A stretch of DNA of 64,000 nt, from contig JBODTK010000012.1 of assembly GCA_050613775.1 (NCBI GenBank), positions 992,001 through 1,056,000 on the forward strand. The letters run 5' to 3'. Position numbers and translations under genes: made by a program. The DNA is from Neocallimastix sp. 'constans' (lineage: Eukaryota). Positions within the stretch are counted from its first letter, which is position 1, and every line of letters starts with the position of its first letter. Below are positions 1 through 12,504 of the stretch, in pieces. The notes below the pieces were generated by a model that was not told the DNA's origin, did not search any database, and saw only the letters and a list, made by a program, of their open reading frames with translations.

Positions 1-528
1 GACTTCAAGTATGGTTGTCCAGTTCCAAAGGATAGTATTCACCTTGATCTTTCAGATATTGCTATGGCTCGTCTTCAATCTGGTTCTTCCAACGGACATA
101 TGGAAGCTGGTGTTATTCCAAACAAATACAGAAGAGTTCCATGTCCAAGATTAGGTAACATGTACATTTGGCTTCGTAAAGATGCTGGTCCATACTGGTT
201 CGCTTTCTCTGTTGTTAACTCTGCTGGTTTCGGAGCTATTGCTGTTCTTGAAGCTAAGAATGATGAAGGTAAATGGGTTAAGATGATTCGTGATCCAAAC
301 TACACTATGTCTCGTCCACAAGAACGTTATGGTGTTTGGGTTACTCCACAAGATACTGGACCATACAACCTTCCAGTTGATATTCGTTTAACTGATGGTT
401 CTGGTGTTACTATTGTTGCTGAAAAGGCTATTAAGTCCTTTACTCCACCAGCCGATGCTATTAAGGACTATTACTATATTGATATTGGTACTAACTTCCC
501 AGAAATTCCAATTCCAGATCCAGAATAA
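1..528 (+). CDS. Swollenin / expansin-like protein, C-terminal part (5' end lies outside the window)
   Basis: Frame is open from base 1: DFKYGCPVPKDSIHLDLSDIAMARLQ..GVIPNKYRRVPCP..GNMYIWLR..GPYWFA..DPNYTMSRPQERYG..GPYNLPVDIRLT..YYIDIG. This matches the expansin-type C-terminal region of Trichoderma SWO1 as I recall it (HLDLSDIAMGRLQ, DPNYTSSRPQERYG, YYIDIG). Codon usage is strongly biased, as in highly expressed genes. Confidence 0.92.
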   Translation, partial: DFKYGCPVPKDSIHLDLSDIAMARLQSGSSNGHMEAGVIPNKYRRVPCPRLGNMYIWLRKDAGPYWFAFSVVNSAGFGAIAVLEAKNDEGKWVKMIRDPNYTMSRPQERYGVWVTPQDTGPYNLPVDIRLTDGSGVTIVAEKAIKSFTPPADAIKDYYYIDIGTNFPEIPIPDPE

Positions 529-919
529 ATTTTATTATAAATTTTAAATAAAAACTTTTTATTTTGTTTTTTTGAATTTATAATTAGATTAAAATAAAAC
601 TAATATATATGTATGTAAAAGTAAAAGTTAATTTAAAAAAGAACAAATATATGTATAAAAGAAAAATAAAAATTAAAAAGTATAAAAATATAATATAAAA
701 TAAAAATAAATTAATTTTCAATAAAATAAGTAAACTATATAAATAAAAATTAAAATAATATATTGAAAAGAACTATAAATATTTTTTGGAAAAAAAGTTC
801 AATGATTTTATTTATGATTTAATTTTCATTTTATTTGCCAATGAAATAAGGAATCTTTCCTTATTTCCTTCTTATTCTAATATTGTTGAATATGAAAATT
901 TCATTCAACAACTTTCATT

Positions 920-3900
920 GACTTCATTTCGCTCATTCTCGACTGATCTCAAGCCTCTATGCAGCTTCACTACGTTACGTGCTCGATCTCTCACTCGTCT
1001 ACATTCGCTTCATTTCGTTTAATCATTTCAGTTGTTTCATTCATAATAAACACAAAAATGATCTCAAATTTTTCGATGTTTTAGATTTCTTAAGAAATAA
1101 AATTCCTTAAACAGCTAAAATTACCTGGATCTTGTGTAATAAACTTAAACAAATGAACAAGTCAAGAAAATCTAATAACATTGATGTTGAACTTAATCCT
1201 ATGGCGAAAGATTTTTTCTCTAGCCATCTAAATTCAAATTCTTCTTTCTTTAATCTCTGTGTTAGTTGGAATATTAACGGTTGGAATACTGAAAAACGTG
1301 ATAGTATTTTATATCTCAACTCTATTTTCAAACCTATATGTATCTGTTTACAAGAAACTGGAAAAAGTAAATATCTTCCAAAAGATGTTTCATCACCATT
1401 AATCCCATATTACAACTCAGTTTTCCTTAGAGCTAATCCTAAAATCCCTGGTATGAGAGGACTCTTTATTGGTGTTCATTCTTCGTGCTCTTTCTTCCAA
1501 GAACCGTTTTTATACAAATATATCATTTCAGTAAATATTACTTCTTTCTGGAATCAAAAATGTATTATTGGTAATATCTACTTCCCTCAAAGCAAATGGA
1601 AGGAAGAAAGATTAGCTGCTTTTGATGAACTTTCTCAATGGTTACGTTTTCACAATAGAAAAAACGTTCCTGCTGTCCTAGTTGGTGATTTTAACATGTC
1701 ATTAAAGAAGATCAAAACATACATTTCAAATAATTTTCCTAATTGGTATATTGCTCCCTTATTTGGTAATCAATTTACTTATGCCAAAGGTACTAGATCA
1801 TCTTGCATTGACCATGTCATATATAATGAGGTTTTGGCAGCTCATTTTAATAAAACCTCGGTTTGCACTTCATTTTATGGTATTTCTGATCATAAACCTA
1901 TTATACTTTCTTGCGACAAAGTTCTCTCCGATGGTTTTATAAGGCCTGCTAAAGTTTCTAAATGGTCAACACATATTTGTAAAACAAAAAATTCAGATAT
2001 TTTATCACATAATTATTTTTCAATCTTAGCAAATGACCTCAATTCTCATTACAATTCGCTCATGGCTGATGAAATGGTAGAAAAATTTATCAATACAGCA
2101 AATAATATCGGAAAGGATATTAAGGCTTTCATTCCAACAAATTTAAAGGGCTCTGCTTTTCACTGTTCTTATTACATTAAAAAACTATCTCATGAAAAAC
2201 ATATTGCATTTCGAAATATTAAGCCTTACTTTAACTGTGAAAATGTTGATAATTACCTTGAACAATTTAATAAATATGAAAAACTTTGCAAATTAATCAA
2301 GAAAACAAAGAGCAAATTTCGTTCTGCTAGATTTAAAGCTAATATAGTAAAAATTGGTAATTATTTTTTGAATAAAGATTTCAAAAATGGATGGAGATGT
2401 TTAAAAAAAATGGCTAAACCATCGTATTCATCTACTTCCCCTACTTGCATAAAATCTAAATTTGGTCAAGATATTATCTCTCCTACTAAACGATTAGATA
2501 GATGGGCTGAATATTATAAAGATCTAGCTTCTGATCCCTCAGGTCACAGCCTTAATCGTAACTTCTGGATCCATGCTTTAAGGAATATTAGTCTTAGATC
2601 CTCTACCTGGAATATCAACGATCCCATTACGATTGACGATATTAAAAAAACTATTTCATCTATGAAAAACAACAAAGCACCCGGTCCCGATGGTATCCCG
2701 AATGAATTCTACAAAGCTCTATTTTGCAATGAAGAATTACTGGAAACACATCCTGCTGCTGGAAAGTGTCTTAAATTGATTTTTAATAAAATATGGAATG
2801 GGTCTTTTCCTAAAAAATGGAACTCAGCTTCTATTGTATCAATCTCTAAGAAAGGTGACCTATCAGATTGTAGTAATTATCGAGGTATTTCTCTCATTAA
2901 TGTTGGACTGAAAATCATTTCAAAAATTATAACAGATAGAATATCTACTTACGCACTCTCACACAATTTCATTAGACCTGAACAATTTGGTTTTCGCAAC
3001 CGTGAAGAATGCATTAGTTTATTCATTTCCGTTAGAGAAATTTGCCAAAGAAGAAAATTTCAAGGAAAATTCACATATTTAGCCTTTTTAGATCTTAAAA
3101 AAGCTTATAATTCAGTTCCTATTTTTAACATTCTTACTAAATTATATCGTTATGGAGTAAGTGGTAAATGTTTTGATTTTCTATGTAATTTATATACTTC
3201 ATCTAAAGCTCGTGCTCGATTTGCTTCAATGTTATCAAATGAATTTCCTATTAAAAGAGGTGTTCGTCAAGGTTGTCCATTATCTCCGATCTTATTCAAT
3301 TTATTCATCAATGATATATTAAATGACTGTGAAAAGTATGGTGTTAATATTGGAAGAAAAAAGTGTTGTGGTGGACTCTTTGCTGATGATATTGTTCTCA
3401 TTGCTCCAAGTGCAAAAAATTTAGAAAAATTACTAAAAAAGGTACATAGATGGGCTAATTTAAATGAAATGACTTTTGGTATTGAAAAATGTGCAACTAT
3501 GGTTATAAAACCAATGAACTTCCAATCTCCTCCAAACTATAGTGACCCAACCTTCTATTTAGGAATAAATACTATTCCTAAAGTTTCTAGTTATATTTAT
3601 CTTGGTATTCCTTTCTCTGATGATCTCTTACTAGAACACATTATATCTCACATGCATTTTAAAGTTAGAAAATCCCTTCATTCATTTACACATTTCTTCT
3701 CAAATAAACTTATCCCTATTGCATACAAGAAAAAAAGTTCTTCAATCCTTTGTTATTAGTAAAGTAATTTATTATTCTCCTTTACTTGGTTCAAACAAAT
3801 CTAGAACGGCCAGAATTCAAACATTAATTAATACTGGTCTATTTTGGTGTATCGGCTCCTTCTCTAAAAATGGTAAAACAAGTTCAGAAGACAATGACTA

Positions 3901-5148
3901 TATTAGACATAATTCTACTATGAGTACTTATGCTTTATCTCGAGATCTAAACATTCCTCCTATTGCTGGTGTCTGCGCAGCCTTACAGATTAAATCTTTT
4001 GCAAAATGGAGTAAATCAAACTGTATTATAAAGGATCTTATTAAATCTATTCCCAAAATGCATCATTATTCCTGGACTAAAGAATCAAGAACACTGTATA
4101 AAAAAATCAAAAAATATAAATGTGAAAAATATGACGATATTTTAGAACGTTACTGGAAATCAGTTTCCAAATTTCAAGGTATTAAAGGTCAAAATTACGA
4201 TCGTAATAAGTTCTCAAACAATAAAGCTATAATTATGCTTAGCTTAAAATATCCCCAATTCAACTTAGGGTTTTCGTGGATTATACGTTTATGCTGTGGT
4301 TATAAATACAATACTACTATTGCTATTAGAATGGGTAGAGTTTCAGAAGATTGTCCCAAGTCTTGCCCCTATTGCGGCGAAGATAAACAATCTTTTGAAC
4401 ATTGGATTTTTAAATGCGATGCTCTTGCATCTTTTATATGGAATTCTTTAAATTTCATCGATGATCTCTATGTTTTATTCCTTAGGAAGATTAGAGCGTT
4501 TAATCCTCTTTCTTCCTATGACTCTATTTCTAACTTTGAAGATTATATCAATCATTATATATACTTGTTCCTTCTTGGTGGGACTTTAGTTTTAAATGAG
4601 CTACATTTCGATAGTGGGGAACAGAGACAACTAAATGAACTACTTTTCAAAGGTTCATCTGAGTCACCTGTTCCAAAAATTGTGGGCTTGGCGGAATTCT
4701 TAACAAGTGCAATACCTATCATTAGTAGTTCGTTTGAGCTATTATTTGATAGGTATTGTAAAATACCAAACTTATCCAAGAGCGTCGACGTCGTACTGAT
4801 AAGGCATAATGATAATACAGGATCGTCATCTATTGCTACGAAGGATGAATCTCGCCCTAGTAGTTCAATAAATGATGAGTCCGGGGAGAGTTTAGTGGAC
4901 ACCACACTATCTATTTTAAAGATGTTACTTCCAGGTTTTATTTCTTTTTTATTTGTTAGGAAGGGAAAAATTCCCGCATAGTATAACTTGCCGAAATACA
5001 TAGTATTTTCGAGCTTTTTTATTTTTTTATTTTTTAATTTTTTTATTTTTAATTTCAAATGTACTTTTCACCTACATGTATTTTTTAAAATAAAATTAAT
5101 AAAGTTTTGGAAGTGTATTCTCTTCCCTGTCTAAAAAAAAAAAAAAAA
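920..5148 (+). mobile_element. Non-LTR retrotransposon (LINE, family A): APE endonuclease + RT + C-terminal Cys/His knuckle, poly-A tail; probably inactive
   Basis: APE motifs SWNING, CLQET, GDFN, SCIDH, SDH. RT motifs KAPGPDGIP, NYRGISL, EQFGFR, DLKKAYNSV, GVRQGCPLSPILF, FADD, YLG. Knuckle CPYC-x7-H-x4-C. 3' end TGGAAGTGTATTCTCTTCCCTGTCT-(A)n at ~5108-5148. The 5' boundary is approximate. Confidence 0.93.
1132..4981 (+). pseudogene. LINE ORF2 (APE-RT-Zn knuckle) split by a +1 frameshift
   Basis: ORFs 1132-3759 and 3719-4981 join as IPIAYKKKVLQSF if one A is removed from the A7 run at 3730-3736. There is an in-frame TAA at 1108-1110 upstream, and the conserved second Asp of RT motif A reads Asn (KKAYNSV). 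Confidence 0.88.
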
Positions 5149-5616
5149 ATTTGCATATAGTTTTTGATATATTTTAGCATAAAAACCATATTGTTGTATA
5201 TATATTTTAAATATATTTTAAATTTGGAGCCTTAATTAAAAAATTAATATAGCATAGTCTTAGTATAATTGAACAATATAATCCTATATGTTTATATAAA
5301 CAACATAGCTGTATTGATATATATTGAACATATATGCATATATCGTTAGTATTGAATAACATAGCTATGTTGTTTATTTATTTATACACGTTCCAGAAAT
5401 AATAATATAATGGTATAATATAATTAAATGAAACTAGAATATATTATATATATCATTATTTTATTTTATTTTGTGTTTTTTATTTTTTTTTTTTGTTTTG
5501 TTTATTTTTCTATCTTTTTTTTTCTTTTAATTACATGTATTTTTTTTCTAATATTTAATTAATAAAGATGAAACAAGTTTGTTGACGTTAAAAAAAAAAA
5601 AAAAAAAAAAAAAAAT

Positions 5617-6194
5617 ATATGAAAATTTCATAAACAGGTATATTTATATATTCCTTCTTGGGGGAATTTCAGCATTAGATGAGCTACAATTCTATACTGG
5701 GGAACGGAGACATTTAAGTGAACAACTTCTAAAAAAAGTTTACAGAGGTCTGCTGTTCCGTAAATTGTGGGACTTTCTAAATATCTTCCTAACACAATAC
5801 CAATCATCAGTAGCTATCCTGAGTTACTTTTTGAGAGGTTTAGTAAATCCACTTTTATCACCAAGAGTATCGACGTCGTACCGATATGGCAAAGGAATAG
5901 TGCAGTTAGTAGTTCTGTTTATTCTCATCAATACACATTTACAAGCATCAAAATTCCTAACAGAGAACCTATAGTAAGTAGTTCAATTTTTTAATGATCT
6001 TTTTTTTTGTGGTTTAAGGGAGAGTTTAGTGGATACCACCCTATCTATTTTAAAGATGGTTACTTCTTTGTTTTATTATTATAGATTTAACTGGTGATCA
6101 TGTTACTACACATAGTATACATAACACAGAAATTTTTTTTTTTTTAACTTTTGAACTTATTTTTATTATTTATTACATTATATTTTCTATAATT

Positions 6195-6240
<46 letters not shown>

Positions 6241-6520
6241 TTTTTTTTATTATTTTTTATTATTATTTATTATTTTTTATTATTTTTTATTATTTTTTAT
6301 TATTATTTATTATTTTTTATTATTTTTTATTATTTTTTATTATTTTTTATTATTTTTTATTATTTTTTTATTTTACTTAATCTTTTTCATATATTTTATT
6401 TATTATCTTTAAATTATATAATGTATTTTTTTTTAAAAAAAAATGTAATACATAAAAATTAAATCATCTATTTAATAAAGTACTGGAAGTGTATTCTTTA
6501 CCTAGTCTAAAAAAAAAAAA
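5617..6520 (+). mobile_element. 5'-truncated LINE family A copy
   Basis: Encodes YIYIFLLGG..ELQF..GERR and IPIISSYPELLFERF..KSIDVV, homologous to the end of the first LINE. It shares GGAGAGTTTAGTGGA..ACCAC.CTATCTATTTTAAAGATG and the terminus TGGAAGTGTATTCTTTACCTAGTCT-(A)n. Confidence 0.88.
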
Positions 6521-6704
6521 ATTAATAAAGGTTGATTTAGAAAAGTAAAATATTAAAGAGTTTGAAGAAACTGCAGAAAACTATTTAAGGATAAATATTA
6601 TAAATAAAAATAAAAGAATATAATAAAAGTATATAATAATAATAATAATGATAATAATAATAATAATAATAATAATTATAATTATATTATGAGAAATAAA
6701 ATAA

Positions 6705-7105
6705 TAGTAATAATCCTACCTTTTATCTTTCAAGTCAAGAGTTACTTAAAACGAAAAGCTAAACCTTCTTAGGTGTACCGTTTTCAAATTATTAAGAATT
6801 GAAACCGATCTTACAGAGAATGAATAATAAAGTTAAAAAAGCACTTTACTCCATAAAAGGATTTCTTAGAATCCTCATATTCCTATCCCTTATAAATGAA
6901 TGCTATTTGCTGTTATTGTAGCATCTCTACCTGGATCTAACAAAGAAAGAATGAGAGGTACACAGACACTAGTTAATTCAGAATTATATTGGATTGAAGG
7001 ATTTTCTAATGAGAATAGCTTTACATCCCTTTGTTGTGTTACTAAAGAACTTAACATTCCTCCTCTTTCGGCGAAATGTGTGATTACTGAAGATTATAAG
7101 AAATT
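6705..7105 (+). mobile_element. Internal LINE fragment (post-RT region), degenerate
   Basis: NPTFYL..LGVPFS..GSNKERMRGTQTLVNSELYWIEGFS..TKELNIPPLSAKC parallels DPTFYL..YLGIPFS..GSNKSRTARIQTLINTGLFWCIGSFS..SRDLNIPPIAGVC of the first LINE. Confidence 0.8.
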
Positions 7106-7299
7106 TTAATTTCAATTTTTTTATATTAATCCTAAAATAATAATTAACAATATAATTAATTAATACCTTTAATATTAATATATATATGCATTTTAACTAT
7201 ATAAACTATTAATAAAATTTCTAATACTAAGCTAATTAGTAAATTAAGTATAAATAATTAATTACATCATAACTAAATATAATATAAATTGAATATTGT

Positions 7300-7943
7300 T
7301 GAATATTGTATATTCGAATATAGATTTAATAATAAAATAATATAAGATCTTAAAACTATTTAAAAGTCTTTCAGAAGCCTTTAAAATTTTAAAGAATTCT
7401 TCTAAATCTTATAGAAATTATTTGGTTAACTAATTACTAATAATTGTTATAATAATTTATCTAAAACCAATAAATTATTTAAAAATTTTATTTATATTAT
7501 TATTAATCACTAAATCTGTATAATTTAGTTATTAATTCGGTTTATAATTATTAGTAATATTAAACATCAAGTTAAAGATTTTATCTATATAAAATACTAA
7601 TTTATTATTTACAAGCTCATTTAAATAATTAAATTTATATATATATTTAAAGTCCAATATCTCGAGTTCTAGTAGTCCAAATGGGTTAAAATTAATATAT
7701 ATAGAAGGTCTACATCAAAGCTTTCTAAAAAATTATTATTTTAGTTGTAAATTAAGCGGGAAATCTCCATTATTTATTAAGTTATCGTATGTTTTCTACA
7801 ATTTATTTTTATTTAATTTCTTTAGGGTTATATTAAATTGAATTAATTTGAGAGTGTTATCAGAACGTAGTTTTATATGGAATGTAGATACTTATATAAA
7901 TTGTTTATATAGGAGTGGCTTAAATTATATTTAATAAATATTA

Positions 7944-7975
<32 letters not shown>

Positions 7976-8553
7976 TTTTCTGTTAAAATAATATTTAATA
8001 ATATTTGATTTTAAAGATATATTCGTTCGTTATATAATATAAAGTAGCTGTTCCTTCTAAATCAGTATCACTATAATTTTTTTCTTCAGTCTTTTTAAGA
8101 GTTCTACTTACAAAATGTAATGGTTTCTCCATCCCATCTTCGTCTTTTTTTTTTCATGATTACTCCTCCTATCCTACTACGAGATGCATCTGGATAATAA
8201 ATAGCTTGTCAAAGTTTGGTGGTACTAAGATTGGTACTTGAATTAATCGTTCTTTTAAAGTTATAAAAGTTATGTCTATTTCATTGCTCAATTTAAACTC
8301 AACATTTTTCTTTAACAATTTAAAAAGGGGTTTTGCTACCATTTCTATTATTCTTTAATATCCTAAAAATATTTTTAAAAACTTTCACATGTTGCTCCCA
8401 AGAATTTGAAAATACCTCTAAATAATCAATATATATGAAAAAACAGTTTCCAATTAAGTCAAAGAATATTCTGTTCACTTCCTTTTGGAAAATTGCAGGA
8501 GCATTACACAGCCTTAATGGCATAATATAAAGTTTTATAAAATTGTTCATCAT
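7300..8553 (-). mobile_element. Degenerate Ty3/Gypsy pol fragment (RT, RNase H, decayed integrase)
   Basis: RT-like MPLRLCNAPAIFQKEVN..IYIDYL. Linker and RNase H remnants LKERLIQVPILVPPNFDK and KPLHFVSRTLKKTEE.NYS..DLEGTA lie at ~8050-8320. The downstream boundary is approximate. Confidence 0.8.
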
Positions 8554-8749
8554 TATTATTATAAGTAATAGAATTATTAATACTAATATTATTCTAAAAT
8601 AATTAAAAATAATAATAAAATAACTAAAAAAAATTACTAATTAAATAAATGAATTAAGTTTTTTTTTATTTGATCTCCTATTATCTCTTTTTAGATTTAT
8701 TTCATAAATTAAGATAATAGAATAAAATTGATCAATATTATACATATAA

Positions 8750-11400
8750 TATCATACCAAATTATCAATATATTCTTATTAGTATTTCTATGAATATTCT
8801 TATTAAATTATCAAATTATTATTATTAAAGTCAATTTAGTTTCAACTATCTAGATCATTCTCTTAACCAATAGTTATATATCATTTTAATACTAAAAACT
8901 CAATTCTTAATAGTATTACTAATACACAACAATACAGAAAAATTATATATATTATATTAGTATATGCTTATTATAAATCTATTATGTTATTATTTTTAAT
9001 ATTTAATTATAAAATTTATATTAAATAATATTATTTTACATTTAAAAAGAAGATTTAGTAAGTTATATTTACTAAACTACAGAATTATTTTTAGTAAGCT
9101 TGATAAAATTATCTTTATAATATATTAATATAACATCATTTAATTAATTAGTATAGACATTTTATAAATTTTATAAATACTTAAAATAATATAATTTTAT
9201 TAGATAATTTTAAATTTGTAATTTTTATTAAAAAAAATATTATGAGTAAGAAATGGCCTTATCATTTCTATCTAATTGTAAAAGTATATAAATAGATTGT
9301 TTAGTCAGAAAGTAACAAAAAAAAAAAAAAGGTGTAATTTTTTATATCATTAATTTTTATAAAGATTTCTAATATAACTTTTTTATTTTTAATTTTTATA
9401 TTTCTATTAGTATTTTTAATTTTATTTACAGGTTTTGGAATTTATCATCATTTACCCAAACCGTAACAATTTTGGTAGAGTTCATGGAATTATAATAAAA
9501 AAAAATATAGTAAATAACATAAATTTTAAATAATAGAATTGATTTTTTTTCTTTAGATCTATTATTTATTTATTAATTTTTAATTTTAAAATTAATTTTT
9601 GAATTCTATGATTTTTTAAAAAATTTTTAGCAAAATTTGCAAATATTTGAACTTTTTTTTTTGAAAAATAAAAGTTGTTCTTGCCATATATTTTATCATT
9701 ATTAATATTTTTTTTTTATTTTTATTATTTTTTTACGAAAATATTACAATAAAAATTCATTTAATTGGTTATAATTATAAATACAATTTATTAAAATATT
9801 CAGATAAATAAAAATATATTTTGAATAAAATAAAAACATTTGCCTAATACAATCAACTTCGGTTTGTAGAAAATGATGTTTTTTGATATTAATTTTTAAC
9901 TTATTTTCTTTAAATACTTCTAAGACTTGTTTGATATGAATTAATTGTTCTTTGATATTTTTGGAGCAGATTAAAACATCATCAATAAAGGAGTAAGAGA
10001 ATACATCAATAAAATGGAATACAATTTTGCTCATTTCTCTCTGAAATGTGGAAGGTGCTCTAGTAAGTTCAAAAGGCATAACTTTGAATTGATAATTTCA
10101 AAGCTAAGTAGTTAAAGTGGTCATTTCAAAGTTTTCTTCATTCATTAAGATTTGATAGAAGCCAAAAATTGTAAATATTTTGGTTCCTCCAAGACTATCA
10201 AAAATTTCGTTTATATAGAGAACTGAATAGGAATCTTTTTCTGTTATATTGTTAACTTTTCTGTAGTTGATATACAAACCCCACTCTTTCCTTTGTGTTT
10301 GATAATAAATAGTACAGGAGATGGAGATGACCATTCTGAGCAAGATGATTCAATCAATCCTTTCCTAATAAGTTTTGTAAGTTCTTCTTTTAGGATATCT
10401 GATTTTAACTTTGTTAACCTATAACTTCTTAATTTTACTGGCTTTGTAATAATTCTTCTATTAATATAGAAACAATGTCAATCATTCCTTTCAATATTTT
10501 GATAATTTGTTCTTTATAATTTTCATTTAATTTATTTAAAAATTCATCAAATTCCTTTCTATTTTTCATTTTTTGTATCTTCAATTATTCTAATAGTACA
10601 AATTATTATGTCTTAATCATAATATTTATTATTTATTTTAGCAAATTACTTCGAATTTATTTTCTGATAAGAATATACATAAACTGTTTAAGGTTAGACG
10701 AATAAATAAACCAAGATCGATTTAAATTTTAAAATTTATTGACATAACGTAAAAAAAATCTTATTTTTCTACAATTCTAAAGTCTATATTAAATTTATTG
10801 ATATTAATGTTTACTTTTAATTGAACAGTAATTCCTTCTGAGCGTTCTTCATCTTTGAGTGTCTAATTGAATTTTTTCACGACTTTTTCCATCTTTTCCA
10901 TATTCACCTGGAAACTTTTCAAAATACTGTTTAGTAATGATGATTACTACAATAATAAGCTATAAGCATTCCTAATACCTTCATCAATACTTACGACAAC
11001 CATTACTAAGTCTTCCTCAGCTACTTCATTGCACTTACTTATAAATCTATTATTCATTATTATTAACTAACAAAGTTTGTGCAATCACATTATCTATAGT
11101 TACTTTAGATTTTTCTAACTTTAAACCTTGGGATAATTATAAACATATATTCGGACATGTATTCGAAAGTTGACCATCTGTAATGCTACATTTAAGATTA
11201 TTTAAGTCATTCTTTACGTAATAATAAAGTTCTTTATTATTCATCATTTTGATTATTTCTCTATAACATCTGAGTATTTCCATTTTTAATTTCTTTAATG
11301 TTTATTGAAATAAAATTTTCTAGAGTGTTAGTTTTCTTTCGTTGATCATCTTTATTCCATTCTATACTTTCTATTTCATTATTGCTTACGAGTATATCTT
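8750..11400 (-). mobile_element. Degenerate Ty3/Gypsy element (protease-RT clear; RNase H and integrase highly decayed)
   Basis: INYRKVNNITEKDSYS..INEIFDSLGG..GFYQILM and MPFELTRAPSTFQREM..FIDDVLI..KLKINIKK are present. The sequence resembles the pol fragment at 44439-45720. Boundaries are approximate. Confidence 0.78.
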
Positions 11401-11755
11401 CAGATTCAACTTTTTTTTTTTTTTTTTTTCCTTTTGCTGATTTATTGTTGTTTTCTTCTGTAAAGATATGATAAATATCTTTAATACATTAATTAATTTA
11501 TTTTGTACATTAAATTATTTAATGTAATTCACGTTTACAAAGTAATGCAAATACATTAAATTATGTAAAATATATTAATTTATGTAATGAATTGATTTAT
11601 GCAAATTAATAATAAATCTATATCTTTTATACCATCAATAAACTTATTTAGAAATTAATCTTAATATTTCTAAGATTAATTTCTAAATAACTTAAAACTT
11701 AGTAATAAAATATTTCAATAATTTTAGATTAGTTTAATTTTATTTAATAAAATAA

Positions 11756-12140
11756 TTGTTACGAAATCATGTAAGAAATTTTATTAAGACTTGCGATATT
11801 TGTTGTAAGGCTAAGGTTCCAAGACACAAACCATACGGCCTTCTTTCTCCTTTGTCTACTCCAAATAGACCTTGGTCTGATATCTCCATGGATTTTATTG
11901 CTGAATTATCGAAATCCAAAGATAAGACCACTGTCATGACTGTTGTTGATAGATTGACTAAAATGGCTCATTTTATTCCTTTACGTTGTCTTCCTACTAC
12001 TTCAATTGCTGCCGATTTTTTTTATTAACCATATCTTTAGGTTACATGGCTTTCCTGATTCCATTGTTTCGGATAAAGGTACGCAATTTACTTCTGATTT
12101 TTGGAATCGTCTTTGCGAATTATTTTACATTAAGTTGTCA
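11756..12140 (+). mobile_element. Ty3/Gypsy integrase fragment (Tf2/chromovirus-like), frameshifted
   Basis: CDICCKAK..PYGLLSPL..RPWSDISMDFI..VVDRLTKMAHFIP is followed, in another frame, by IFRLHGFPDSIVSDKGTQFTSDFW. Confidence 0.88.
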
Positions 12141-12504
12141 TTCTAAACTTCTAGAGTTTCTTTGGTTAATATTATATAACCAAATGAAACTAGAAAAGTT
12201 CTATTTTAATAATTATTTTATCATTTTTTCTATAAGATTCATTTTCTTGAAAGAAAACTTAATTTTTCGTATTTTCGTTAATCTTAACTTTTTCCGAAAA
12301 AGTATAAATAAGAGTGAATTTTTCATCTAAAAATAATTTTTCTTTGTGCTTTTATTAACTAGTTAAAAGTAATTCGAAATATTACAACGACTAATTAATA
12401 ATAAAAAATAAATTTTTATATTTTAATAAAATATTAATAAAACAAATTTCTAAGAAAACGAATTACTTTATTTAGTGTAGGCCTATTGGGTGTAAAAACC
12501 GTTA

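Noticed and set aside
3725..3740. Programmed ribosomal frameshift at A AAA AAG in the LINE
   Set aside because: That heptamer promotes -1 shifts, but a +1 shift is needed here. A homopolymer insertion or sequencing error is simpler.
4555..5058. 167-aa antisense ORF in the LINE 3' region
   Set aside because: It has a TTG start in a T-tract, no recognisable motif and no evident counterpart in the second copy, so it is a shadow ORF.
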